A stretch of DNA of 64,000 nt from a virus. Position 1 is the first letter of the stretch, and each line of letters starts with the position of its first letter. Made by a program: the position numbers and the translations under genes. The notes below the pieces were generated by a model that saw only the letters and a list, made by a program, of their open reading frames with translations, did no database searches and had not been told where the DNA came from. The stretch spans positions 1 to 64,000 of IMG/VR virus record IMGVR_UViG_3300037264_007554. One strand, 5' to 3'. Shown one piece after another: positions 38,013 to 46,215 of the stretch.

Positions 38013-38564
38013 CTAGCTGATCGCCGCCCGGGACGTGATGATCTGGCCGTCCTTGTCGCGCTGGTAATCGGCCGACGGGATGCTGGCGTAGCCGCGCCTC
38101 CGGAGCGCGTAGAGAGCCACGGCCGCGGCGCCCACGCCTGCGACTCCGCCCACGATCGCGCCGCGCGTGCGGCTGTCCGGCGCACCGAAGATCCCGCCGA
38201 GGATTCCGACGACCGCACCGACACCGGCACCGAGGATCCAGTGCTTCTTGTCGATCGTCCCGACCACTGCCCCTGCCTCGCCGAAGCCGGAGTAGCCGAA
38301 GCCGTTGATCGGCGCGACACCCGGCTGCATTGCCACCGGTGCATTCGTCACGCCCTGAACGTGCCGCTCGGAGATGTCCTGACGCGCGTTGATCGGATTG
38401 AACGGCGAGATGACGCCCGTTCGCATGACGAACTGAGGAATCGAATCCATGTCGCTGTGTCCGAATTGTCCTTGCAGCACCGTTGAACCTTTCCAGCGGC
38501 CAAAAGCAAAACGGCGTCCGACACGAGCCTTCTCGTGAGGGACGCCGTTGTCTACGGTCGCCAT
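38013..38564 (-). CDS. Two-TM virion membrane protein
   Basis: GFGYSGFG followed by two Gly-rich TM helices. Confidence 0.7.
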   Translation of the reverse strand: MATVDNGVPHEKARVGRRFAFGRWKGSTVLQGQFGHSDMDSIPQFVMRTGVISPFNPINARQDISERHVQGVTNAPVAMQPGVAPINGFGYSGFGEAGAVVGTIDKKHWILGAGVGAVVGILGGIFGAPDSRTRGAIVGGVAGVGAAAVALYALRRRGYASIPSADYQRDKDGQIITSRAAIS

Positions 38565-38682
38565 GGGTTGTGCCCCCTGCGAGAGCACTATGTACCAAGA
38601 GGATTACAGGGCTATTTCCCGGCTGTCAAATTAAGCGGACCGCTATTTTGCGTGCGTTGCAAAATCGGCCTACTGTTTCGAC

Positions 38683-38937
38683 ATGCGTGGCTCGATCTCC
38701 CAGAGCATCATCGGCAAACTGACCGAAGCCGAAGTTCCAGTTCCGTTCTGGAAATTCGCAGTACCGATCGTCGCAGGCAGCGTGGCCGGGAGAGGCGCCG
38801 CCTACCTCGTCAAGAACACATTCGTGGAATCATCCCCACGCACGCAAGAAACCGCCAGCATCGTCGCGGGCATTGCTGCCTTCTGGATCGTTGCTGGCGG
38901 CACCTGGATCGCACTGTCGCCGAAGCGCGGCGCCTGA
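38683..38937 (+). CDS. Two-TM small membrane protein
   Basis: Leaderless promoter TTGCGT-N17-TACTGT-N6-ATG. Confidence 0.7.
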   Translation: MRGSISQSIIGKLTEAEVPVPFWKFAVPIVAGSVAGRGAAYLVKNTFVESSPRTQETASIVAGIAAFWIVAGGTWIALSPKRGA

Positions 38938-38950
38938 GCGGCGCGCGCGG

Positions 38951-39124
38951 CTATCTGCGCTTACCGCGGCGGCCGGAGCGGCAGCGGTTGAAGCCCTTGA
39001 AGCAGCTTCGGCCGGTCTGCGGGCTCAGCGCGGGCCCCGACTTCAAGCAGCTCTTGAGCGCGGTCTTGCAATGAGCGGGAGCGCTTGCTCCTCCGCGGCC
39101 GGACTTTCTTCGACGACGTGCCAT
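38951..39124 (-). CDS. 57-aa basic four-Cys protein
   Basis: MARRRRKSG...APAHCKTALKSC...CFKGFNRC; GGAG RBS; paralog at 54618-54764. Confidence 0.7.
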   Translation of the reverse strand: MARRRRKSGRGGASAPAHCKTALKSCLKSGPALSPQTGRSCFKGFNRCRSGRRGKRR

Positions 39125-39136
39125 GGTGATTCTCCC

Positions 39137-40867
39137 TTACGCGGTTCTGAGACGCCGACGTGGCGCCGATCGGTATCCACTCTGCGACTTTTTTCCGCGG
39201 AACGCAAAATAGCCGATCGTTCCGAGACCGATCACGCCCACACCGGCGGCGATGTAGTGCCAGACCGGACGCTTCCCTTGTACTGCTTGCGTGGCTGCCT
39301 GCGCCTGTTCCACCTGCGCCGCAGCCGCCTGCGTCTCCTGCGTCGCCTGCGCGACTGCTTCTTTCGCTTGTGCTTCCTGTGCAGGTGTTGTCGCCTGCGC
39401 TGCAGCAGCCTGCGCTACAGCCTGCGCAGCCAGTGCCCGATCCATCTGTGCCTGTGCCGCTGCTTCCTGGGCCTTCGCCGCCGCTACCGCCTCCGCCTCC
39501 GCCCGTGCCTGCGCGGCCGCGGCCGCAGCCTGCTCTGCTGTGGGCAACTGCTCCGCGGGAACCGCCGGTGTCTGAGCAGGTGTCGTGGCCGTGGCCGCCA
39601 CGATCTGATCGGGCTCCGGAGAAGGCTTCGGAACTTCCGTCACCTGTGTCGGAGTCTCACCACACTCTGCAATCCTTGCCGCGAGGTTGTTCGCAATACT
39701 TTCAGCCTTGGCCGACACCTGCGCGATCGAGTACCCGGGGCTCAGACCGGTGTGAGGTAGCTTGGAACAGGGCCCCACGTCACTCAACGCTCTGTTCACG
39801 GCCGCCGTCGTCTTCGGACCGTTGATCCCGTCAACGGGAACAGTCAGACCTGGATCTTTTGCGAGCAGTGCAAGCTGCCCGAGGCTCTGCTGGATCTGTG
39901 TGATCGCTGCCGAGCGCGAAAGCCCAGGCTTCGGAGCTGCTGCCGGGAGCTTCGGCGGTTTCACACCGAGTTGTGCCAGATGTGCTTCGACGATCTTCGC
40001 AATGCTCTCCGCATTCATCACGATGTCGGACTGGCTCAACATGCCCGTACGAAACTGCGAAGGCGCAGTCGCGATGCTCGCCAACGCTCTGTTGACGGCG
40101 GTCGCCGTCTTCGGTCCGATCAAGCCGTCGGCACCGATCTGCAAGACCTTGTCGCCGAGCTTTTTGCCGAGCGCTGCGATTGCCTGCTGCAACCGCTGCA
40201 CGGTCGGCGACTTGGTAGGCTTGGACGGAGCCGGAGCCACCGGCTTCGTCACTATCGAAGCCTTCGCATTGGCCTCGCTCGTGATCGAAGTGACGATGTT
40301 CGGGTTCGTCAGATCCGCGGCCGTCACCTGACGCGAGTACACGCCATAAGACGACACGGCCTTGTTCACGGCCGCGACCGTCTTCGGACCGACAGCACCA
40401 TCGGCCGCAATCATCAAGGTCTTGTCCCCGATCTTGCTGCCGAGCGAACGCAACGCATTTTGCATCGCCTGCACCTGAGAGCGACTCGCGCCTGCGGCCG
40501 GTCTCTTCGGCGCGACGGCCGGTGCAGCGGCTCGCGGAGCCGTTGTCGTGAGCAACTGTTTCGACCCAGGAGCGCTCCGGCTCGCGGCAGCCGATTCGAT
40601 CGCGCTCGAAAGAGGAGCTGCATTTTGCGAGACGTTCAACGGCGTGAGTTTGCCGGTACGCAGACTGGCGGGCGCCGTCGTCACGTACTTCGTCATCGCG
40701 CGATTCACGGCCGCCGCGGTCGCGGGCCCTGTGATCCCGTCGGCGTTGACCGCGAGAGCGGTATCGTTGACTGCAAAACCGAGAAGCGCGAGAGCGCGTT
40801 GCAAACGCGCGACGGCTGGCGAAGAGGCAGCGCCGAAACCGTAACCCATGAAGTGCTGGGACAACAT
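39137..40867 (-). CDS. Four PG-binding-like repeats + Ala-rich stalk + C-terminal TM anchor
   Basis: Four LQ..L..LG...DG..GP.T..AVN.A repeats. Confidence 0.8.
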   Translation of the reverse strand: MLSQHFMGYGFGAASSPAVARLQRALALLGFAVNDTALAVNADGITGPATAAAVNRAMTKYVTTAPASLRTGKLTPLNVSQNAAPLSSAIESAAASRSAPGSKQLLTTTAPRAAAPAVAPKRPAAGASRSQVQAMQNALRSLGSKIGDKTLMIAADGAVGPKTVAAVNKAVSSYGVYSRQVTAADLTNPNIVTSITSEANAKASIVTKPVAPAPSKPTKSPTVQRLQQAIAALGKKLGDKVLQIGADGLIGPKTATAVNRALASIATAPSQFRTGMLSQSDIVMNAESIAKIVEAHLAQLGVKPPKLPAAAPKPGLSRSAAITQIQQSLGQLALLAKDPGLTVPVDGINGPKTTAAVNRALSDVGPCSKLPHTGLSPGYSIAQVSAKAESIANNLAARIAECGETPTQVTEVPKPSPEPDQIVAATATTPAQTPAVPAEQLPTAEQAAAAAAQARAEAEAVAAAKAQEAAAQAQMDRALAAQAVAQAAAAQATTPAQEAQAKEAVAQATQETQAAAAQVEQAQAATQAVQGKRPVWHYIAAGVGVIGLGTIGYFAFRGKKSQSGYRSAPRRRLRTA

Positions 40868-40915
40868 CGTTCTTCCTACGAGCCAGAGTACGACAGGCCG
40901 GGGGAGCCGCGCAAA

Positions 40916-41149
40916 TTAGGGCAGATTGGGTAGATTCGCAGGCAGGTAGCTACGGTTCACACGCACCTGCTTGATCTGGCCGCCTTGAATAGAAAGCGCG
41001 ACTTCTGCGTGCGCACCCTCTTTCATCAGGCCGCCGACGAGCTTGCTGTAGAGCGCCCAGAACGTCGGCAGATCTAGTTTCGGATCAGACGCGAGATTCC
41101 CCAAATTGTGAGCCCTCCCAGGAGCAGGCCGCCCAATACGGGAATCCAT
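40916..41149 (-). CDS. Small hypothetical protein (start uncertain)
   Basis: EVALSIQGGQIKQVRVN, reminiscent of DUF2292-like proteins. Confidence 0.45.
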   Translation of the reverse strand: MDSRIGRPAPGRAHNLGNLASDPKLDLPTFWALYSKLVGGLMKEGAHAEVALSIQGGQIKQVRVNRSYLPANLPNLP

Positions 41150-41259
41150 ACCGGCGTCGACGATACAACCGCGCCCGAAAGCTGTCCACCCGGAATCGGG
41201 ATGTCAAAAGAGCCGCCACCGGGGAGAAAAAGTCTTTTCGTGCCGCCCATGTTTTTCAT
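41074..41259 (-). CDS. Small C-terminal TM protein
   Basis: MKNMGG...QLSGAVV...TM; coupled to the protease gene. Confidence 0.6.
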   Translation of the reverse strand: MKNMGGTKRLFLPGGGSFDIPIPGGQLSGAVVSSTPVWIPVLGGLLLGGLTIWGISRLIRN

Positions 41260-41771
41260 TCCTTCGCCGCTGCGAAATCTTGGTACTTGGCCCGAGGAGG
41301 CTCGGCAGCGAACCGGCCGAGCCCGAGTGTGGTGTCGAGTGCAATCCAGCGCCTCGGCGCATGCTTCGGCACCCCCGCCATGCAGTAGATGTGATCCCAC
41401 GACGCGCCGGTGTTCGACGTGATCCGCCACTTCGCTTGAAAACCATTCTCCATCGCAAGCACAGCATTCAAAATTGACGCATCGTCACAATCACCTCCGC
41501 CAAACTGCAACGTCCGCAGCGCCGACTGAAAAGTGTCCTTGAAAGTGATGTCGCCGGTGTACCGCACGTTCTTCGTGACGAACTCAAAGATCGATCGCAG
41601 CTCACACACGTCGTCTCGGGCTGGACACTGGCGCGTCGCAAGCAGTCCGATCTGGCGCATTAACGGGTCGCGTAGTCCACCGTCCGCCAGCATCACGAGC
41701 CTGCGCAAATGCTTCACGCGATCTTCGAGGCTTCTGCCTACCTCGTGAGCTTGCAGAGTCGGGTTCGACAC
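41256..41771 (-). CDS. Transglutaminase-like cysteine protease (candidate virion maturation protease)
   Basis: VRY..D, GDCDD, HIY, W.ALD catalytic triad pattern. Confidence 0.85.
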   Translation of the reverse strand: MSNPTLQAHEVGRSLEDRVKHLRRLVMLADGGLRDPLMRQIGLLATRQCPARDDVCELRSIFEFVTKNVRYTGDITFKDTFQSALRTLQFGGGDCDDASILNAVLAMENGFQAKWRITSNTGASWDHIYCMAGVPKHAPRRWIALDTTLGLGRFAAEPPRAKYQDFAAAKE

Positions 41772-41844
41772 GCCTCTGAGAATGCTCCGGCCGCCCCTAC
41801 CCCGTCAAATTGCACCCGGCGGAAAAATTCCCTATGCTGGCGGC

Positions 41845-42507
41845 ATGATCAGCACGGACGACCAATTCGGCATCAGCTTCAAGAAACTTGCCAAGGGTGT
41901 CGGCAAGGGCATCTCGAAAGGCGCCAGAGGCGTCGCGAAGGGAGCCAAAGCCGTCGGCACAGTCGCCGTGAGCGCAGCACTTCTGCCGTTCAAGCTCGCC
42001 ATGCGGGCCGTCATCAAGCTCGCAATTCCTCTCGGACGCGCGCTCTGCATGGCACCGCCGCAGATTCTTTCTGTCGGCGCAGCCTCTGCGGGCGTCAGCA
42101 TGAACGTCGTGCCGATGTTCTGCACGGCCCTCAATCTGAAGAACATGGGAGAGGTACGGCGACTGCTGCCACCGGTGCTCAAGATCGCCGTCAAGGTTGC
42201 AGCCACCGGCGCCGTTCCCGGCATCGGACCGGCTCTGAGCGCGATTCGAGTCGTGCCAGGGCTGAAGCTCATCCCCGGCTTGAAGTTCCTGGCCGGAGCA
42301 GATGCAAATGACGATCTCGCGATGGCCGAAATCAATGGTTTCGCGTACGCACTCTCCGGTGTGAGCGATGAAGAGTTGGCGGAGGCGGTCGACGAAATGT
42401 CCGGATTCGGTGCCGCCACGCTCACCCCCAACGTCGGCTACGGTATCGGTATGGGAATCGGCGTCACGGCGCTCGCGGCCGGGCTGTTCTTGGCGTTCAA
42501 GGACTGA
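41845..42507 (+). CDS. Virion membrane protein with N-terminal amphipathic basic helix
   Basis: QFG-ISFKKLAKGVGKGISKGARGVAKGAKAVG; C-terminal TM; leaderless promoter. Confidence 0.75.
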   Translation: MISTDDQFGISFKKLAKGVGKGISKGARGVAKGAKAVGTVAVSAALLPFKLAMRAVIKLAIPLGRALCMAPPQILSVGAASAGVSMNVVPMFCTALNLKNMGEVRRLLPPVLKIAVKVAATGAVPGIGPALSAIRVVPGLKLIPGLKFLAGADANDDLAMAEINGFAYALSGVSDEELAEAVDEMSGFGAATLTPNVGYGIGMGIGVTALAAGLFLAFKD

Positions 42508-42578
42508 TCTCCGCCCTAATTTGCTTTTCGTTTGCAATCGGTTTTAAGTAAGGAAAGAAAGGTTCGGGAGAAAAACAA

Positions 42579-42950
42579 ATGGCAACAGCAGCAACCAAGC
42601 AATCCGCTTCCCAGAACAGCATCAAGTACGCTTTGTCGAGTACGGGTGCTGGGTCTCTCACGCAGACGACCCTGCTCGCAGACTGCGTGCCCGGGCCGCT
42701 CAAGTCCTTCCTTGCAGGATTGAACACGAATGCTCTCTGGGACGCTGGCTGGCCGGGGACCGCAGCGGCCGTCGCGAACGCGGGCAAACTGTCCGTCACC
42801 CTGACGCCGACGCTCTCCCCCGCCGCCGCCACCGCTGTCAATCCGAGTGCTTTCTTCTCCTCCATCACCAATCGGCACATCGACATCAATCAGGCGACCG
42901 AGGGCAACACCATCCTCGAACTCCGGTTCCACCCGACGCCCGAGCAGTAG
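42579..42950 (+). CDS. GPLK-family small virion protein 2
   Basis: SIKY...PGPLK...LELRFH. Confidence 0.7.
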   Translation: MATAATKQSASQNSIKYALSSTGAGSLTQTTLLADCVPGPLKSFLAGLNTNALWDAGWPGTAAAVANAGKLSVTLTPTLSPAAATAVNPSAFFSSITNRHIDINQATEGNTILELRFHPTPEQ

Positions 42951-42980
42951 GCGCGGTAGGCCAGAACGGCTGATACCGGA

Positions 42981-43016
42981 GACCCCGTTCCCTTTCCAAA
43001 GGGGGCGGGGTTTTCG
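42981..43016 (+). terminator. Intrinsic terminator
   Basis: ACCCCGUUCCCUU-UCCA-AAGGGGGCGGGGU plus short U run. Confidence 0.7.
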
Positions 43017-43055
43017 TAATTTGACAGATCAATCCCACCGGATGAAAATACGCTC

Positions 43056-43442
43056 ATGGCAACAGTACTCACGCTTCTTGCGAGATCCCAACACTCCTTG
43101 AAGTACCTTGCCGCTGATGATGGCGGAGATGGCGGTCCCCTGCTCGGCAAGGTGACCCAGGCCCAAATGTTCATCGACGCAGCCCCCGGGCCGTTGAAGA
43201 AACTTCTCGGAAAGATCTTCTCCGCTGCGCGGTGGACAGACCTGATAGGAGACGTCAACGCCAGTCCGCCCACGCCGCCGCAGTTGTCGGTGTACCTGAC
43301 TGTGGACCCCGAGAGTGTGGTGGTTACCGCCGCAGCAGCCGGTCTCTTCAACGACGGCGCGGACAACATTCTCGGTGCGCATTCCGAGGCCACAACACGA
43401 GCCATCGTCGAACTCCGATTCAATCACACCATCGACTTCTAG
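43056..43442 (+). CDS. GPLK-family small virion protein 3
   Basis: SLKY...PGPLK...VELRFNHTID; leaderless promoter TTGACA-N17-GAAAAT. Confidence 0.7.
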   Translation: MATVLTLLARSQHSLKYLAADDGGDGGPLLGKVTQAQMFIDAAPGPLKKLLGKIFSAARWTDLIGDVNASPPTPPQLSVYLTVDPESVVVTAAAAGLFNDGADNILGAHSEATTRAIVELRFNHTIDF

Positions 43443-43454
43443 GACTCCTGACTT

Positions 43455-43973
43455 CTAGCCGCCGACAATTTCGGCCGCGAGTCTGTCCGGCAGCCAGAGC
43501 CCGAATGACCAGCGCTCGGTCAGAGCATCGACGCAGTGCCAAGAATCCGGGCCGGTTTTAAACAAGTTCGCGTGCCCGTTTTTATCCAGGATGATTCCTT
43601 CAATCGTCTTGAAGTAGGAGCGGGCGTTCTCCGGCACTCGTACGACGTACGCGCGCCAGCCCGGCTTGTCTGAGTTGGTATGCCAACCCATGCCGCCGCC
43701 AGGCGGGTAGTAGTACATCCCGCGGGGAACAACACCTGGATAACAGGGATCCGACGAGTAGCTCGCGGTCAAACTGGCGCATACGGCGCATACGTTAAGA
43801 GAGGCTGTGCACAGATCTGTTTTTTGCGGCCCGTTCGCGATGTCGACTACGAGCGCCGCACGATCTCGTTCTCGGTTATTCCAAACGTGCATCACCGGTT
43901 GCACGATCAAGGATTGCCAAATCTGCATGAGCAGCGGATGCTGCTCAACAGGAACTTGCTGGACTTCCATCAC
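43455..43973 (-). CDS. 2OG-Fe(II)/cupin-like dioxygenase
   Basis: YPPGGGMGWHTN...WHCV...RWSFG. Confidence 0.65.
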   Translation of the reverse strand: MMEVQQVPVEQHPLLMQIWQSLIVQPVMHVWNNRERDRAALVVDIANGPQKTDLCTASLNVCAVCASLTASYSSDPCYPGVVPRGMYYYPPGGGMGWHTNSDKPGWRAYVVRVPENARSYFKTIEGIILDKNGHANLFKTGPDSWHCVDALTERWSFGLWLPDRLAAEIVGG

Positions 43974-44743
43974 GGTGCTTCGCAGATGGCGCCGAACGGT
44001 ATGTAATCGCAGGGTTCATCAAACCATCCCGTATCGTAGTAGAGAATGCAGTCTTCACCGTTCGGATTGCTCTTCGTCAAGTTGTTCGGCTGCCCCGGTG
44101 CCCAACCAACGTGCGCTACCGTCGTACCGTCGAGCCACACATATGTACCTTCAACCGCCCGATCTGAGAGCCCGATCCAATACCAAGAGGTAAATAGCTT
44201 GTGGCTGCGCAACCAGAGATCCTCGTCCATCGTCTCGATTTTTACGAGATGGTATCCAAGCGACAGGCACAACGCTTTTGATTCATCCCAAGAAATTCTG
44301 CTTTGAATGAACAGGTAGGCGTGGCCACCAAAGATGTTGTGTTGGCCGGGGCATCCGGCGCTGTCGTCTATCACACCGTTGCAGTCGTCATCCTTGCCGT
44401 TGCAGATTTCTGCCAAGGGGATACAAGCAGAAGTACCGGCCGCGCCTCCCGCTCCGGCCGTGCCTCCCGCGCCTCCCGCTCCGGCCGTGCCTCCCGCTCC
44501 GGCCGTGCCTCCCGCTCCGGCCGTGCCTCCCGCTCCGGCCGTGCCTCCCGCTCCGGCCGTGCCTCCCGCTCCGGCCGTGCCGCCCAGGCCCCCCGCGTCC
44601 GTCTCCTCGACCATCATCCGCCCGCGCACCACCCCGAAATCCGCCGACGCCTCGGCGTCTCCCTTCATGACCTCGCTCGGATCGACGCTATCCGCCCCGC
44701 ACGCAGCCACAAGACAAAACAGAATCAAGCCAAGACAACGCAT
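43970..44743 (-). CDS. Lipoprotein with Gly-rich linker, Cys-Asp motif and C-type lectin domain
   Basis: Lipobox LVAAC; GTAGAG repeats; EICNGKDDDCNG; WIGLSD, EG.YVW.DG, QPN, WFD..C. Confidence 0.88.
   Translation of the reverse strand: MRCLGLILFCLVAACGADSVDPSEVMKGDAEASADFGVVRGRMMVEETDAGGLGGTAGAGGTAGAGGTAGAGGTAGAGGTAGAGGTAGAGGAGGTAGAGGAAGTSACIPLAEICNGKDDDCNGVIDDSAGCPGQHNIFGGHAYLFIQSRISWDESKALCLSLGYHLVKIETMDEDLWLRSHKLFTSWYWIGLSDRAVEGTYVWLDGTTVAHVGWAPGQPNNLTKSNPNGEDCILYYDTGWFDEPCDYIPFGAICEAP
44444..44582 (-). repeat. 18-bp tandem repeat encoding GTAGAG (~7 copies)
   Basis: GCCTCCCGCTCCGGCCGT units on the + strand. Confidence 0.9.
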
Positions 44744-44751
44744 GACCCCTC

Positions 44752-45294
44752 CTACTTTTTCTTGAAACACCCATCGCTCGCGTCGGTCCGGGCCCGCTTG
44801 CTGAAACGCCGGACCCACTTGCAGAACTTCTTGTCGAACCGCGACGGTGCCTTCACCGGTGACGCCGTATCCACACGGCCGCGACGCCCAGGCGCAGACC
44901 ACTCGATGTAGACTTCACGCTGCCCCAGGTCTCCGGCCACCTGCTGCGCGAGTTCCTCGACGTTCTTGAAGAACGTCCCACGGCGCCTCTCAGGCTTTTC
45001 CCCGATCCAGATGATGTCGATCTTCATCGACGGCTCCCGCGTGCCTTTGTAAAGACCCTCGGCGCGAACGCCCGTCAAGCCGACGTTCGTCTCGCCGATC
45101 TGATCTGCTCGGCGCTCGAAGACAGCTCGGAACACCGAGCCCGGCTTGATCTTCTCGCCCTCTTTCCAGCCGCCGTAGCTCAACCCGGCCTTGCGGCCGA
45201 TGCTGAGAGTGGCTTTCGTGCCCTCTCCGTAGCTGCTGTAGCCGCTGAGATGCTCCACGTACCCGCGCCAGCCTTGCCGTTGTTGCCGGTTCAT
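44752..45294 (-). CDS. Basic hypothetical protein
   Basis: Coupled, high GC3. Confidence 0.65.
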   Translation of the reverse strand: MNRQQRQGWRGYVEHLSGYSSYGEGTKATLSIGRKAGLSYGGWKEGEKIKPGSVFRAVFERRADQIGETNVGLTGVRAEGLYKGTREPSMKIDIIWIGEKPERRRGTFFKNVEELAQQVAGDLGQREVYIEWSAPGRRGRVDTASPVKAPSRFDKKFCKWVRRFSKRARTDASDGCFKKK

Positions 45295-45506
45295 TTTTGC
45301 GCCACGCTTTCGCTACAGTGTTGATCAGACCGCGTTCCCTGTCCACGAAGTAACCGCAGCACCGAGCGCTCGGCCCTGCGACCCATATCGCCCAGAGACA
45401 CCGTCGCCATCCGGCCGCCCTTCTCCAGCAAGGTGTGCTTGCCGGTCTGGCGGATGATCGTCCAGCCTTCTCCGCGCAAACGACGAAGCGCTTCCTTCCC
45501 GTTCAC
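45291..45506 (-). CDS. HicA-like (dsRBD-fold) toxin protein
   Basis: KEALRRLRGEGWTIIRQTGKHTLLEK. Confidence 0.65.
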   Translation of the reverse strand: MNGKEALRRLRGEGWTIIRQTGKHTLLEKGGRMATVSLGDMGRRAERSVLRLLRGQGTRSDQHCSESVAQK

Positions 45507-45724
45507 TTTTTCACCAGCACTTTCTGGAAGTAGACCGGGCCGCTCCAGTCCATCGCGATCCCTCGCTTCGCCTCCGAGACTCCCTTGGGCGTCAGCACTG
45601 ACCCGGTGCCGACCGTCCAGCCGTCGCCGCCCTCGAAGACACCGACGTACAGAATTCTCCGGCCGTCGCGTGGCCACCACTTCGGGGCGCGCACAGGGCG
45701 GAAGAACAGATGGTAGCGTCTCAT
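45503..45724 (-). CDS. Hypothetical protein
   Basis: Coupled, GGAGG RBS. Confidence 0.55.
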   Translation of the reverse strand: MRRYHLFFRPVRAPKWWPRDGRRILYVGVFEGGDGWTVGTGSVLTPKGVSEAKRGIAMDWSGPVYFQKVLVKK

Positions 45725-46131
45725 TCATCCTCCGGCCGCGGCTGGATGTACTCCGAAATTGCCGTCGCTGTGTTGTTGGCACGCTCCCGGGCCACGTCTT
45801 CCGTGATGACCTGGCCAGCGCACGTCAGCAAAGACTTACAGATCATCTCCGCCACCGCGAGCACGGCCGCATGCTTCCGCCGGACTTCATTCCTCTCGTC
45901 GCGGAGCATACGCCTGGTGCATTCACTCACCGTCTCGGAATCGTACGCCTCCCAGTAGTCCCCCATGAGGTGAAAAACCGATGGCTCCCAGATTTTTCCG
46001 TCGTCGGCCCGAACGATCATATTTCCGCCCAGGCCGAAGTCATCAATCCTCAGTGGTGAAGCAGAGGGGCTCGGTCTGATCAAGGCCCCCGGCACCTCGC
46101 AAGTTTTCCAAAGTATCTCGTAGATGTTCAT
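45721..46131 (-). CDS. Hypothetical protein
   Basis: GGAG RBS. Confidence 0.6.
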   Translation of the reverse strand: MNIYEILWKTCEVPGALIRPSPSASPLRIDDFGLGGNMIVRADDGKIWEPSVFHLMGDYWEAYDSETVSECTRRMLRDERNEVRRKHAAVLAVAEMICKSLLTCAGQVITEDVARERANNTATAISEYIQPRPEDE

Positions 46132-46215
46132 GATGTCTCCCTTCCGCAGTTGCGCGCGGTGCGGGTGTTGATCCCGCCCAGGCTTTCGCCTGGCCCACTG
46201 AGGCCGCGCTGCTCG

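Noticed and set aside
36975-38486. Long antisense ORFs (e.g. 36975-38486, 50704-52455, 55894-56950, 48807-50060, 63042-63926)
   Set aside because: Shadow frames of high-GC3 genes on the opposite strand, with no motifs or expression signals.
43970-44400. Diversity-generating retroelement target (C-type lectin fold)
   Set aside because: No reverse transcriptase or template-repeat copy seen; this looks like a canonical Ca-type lectin domain.
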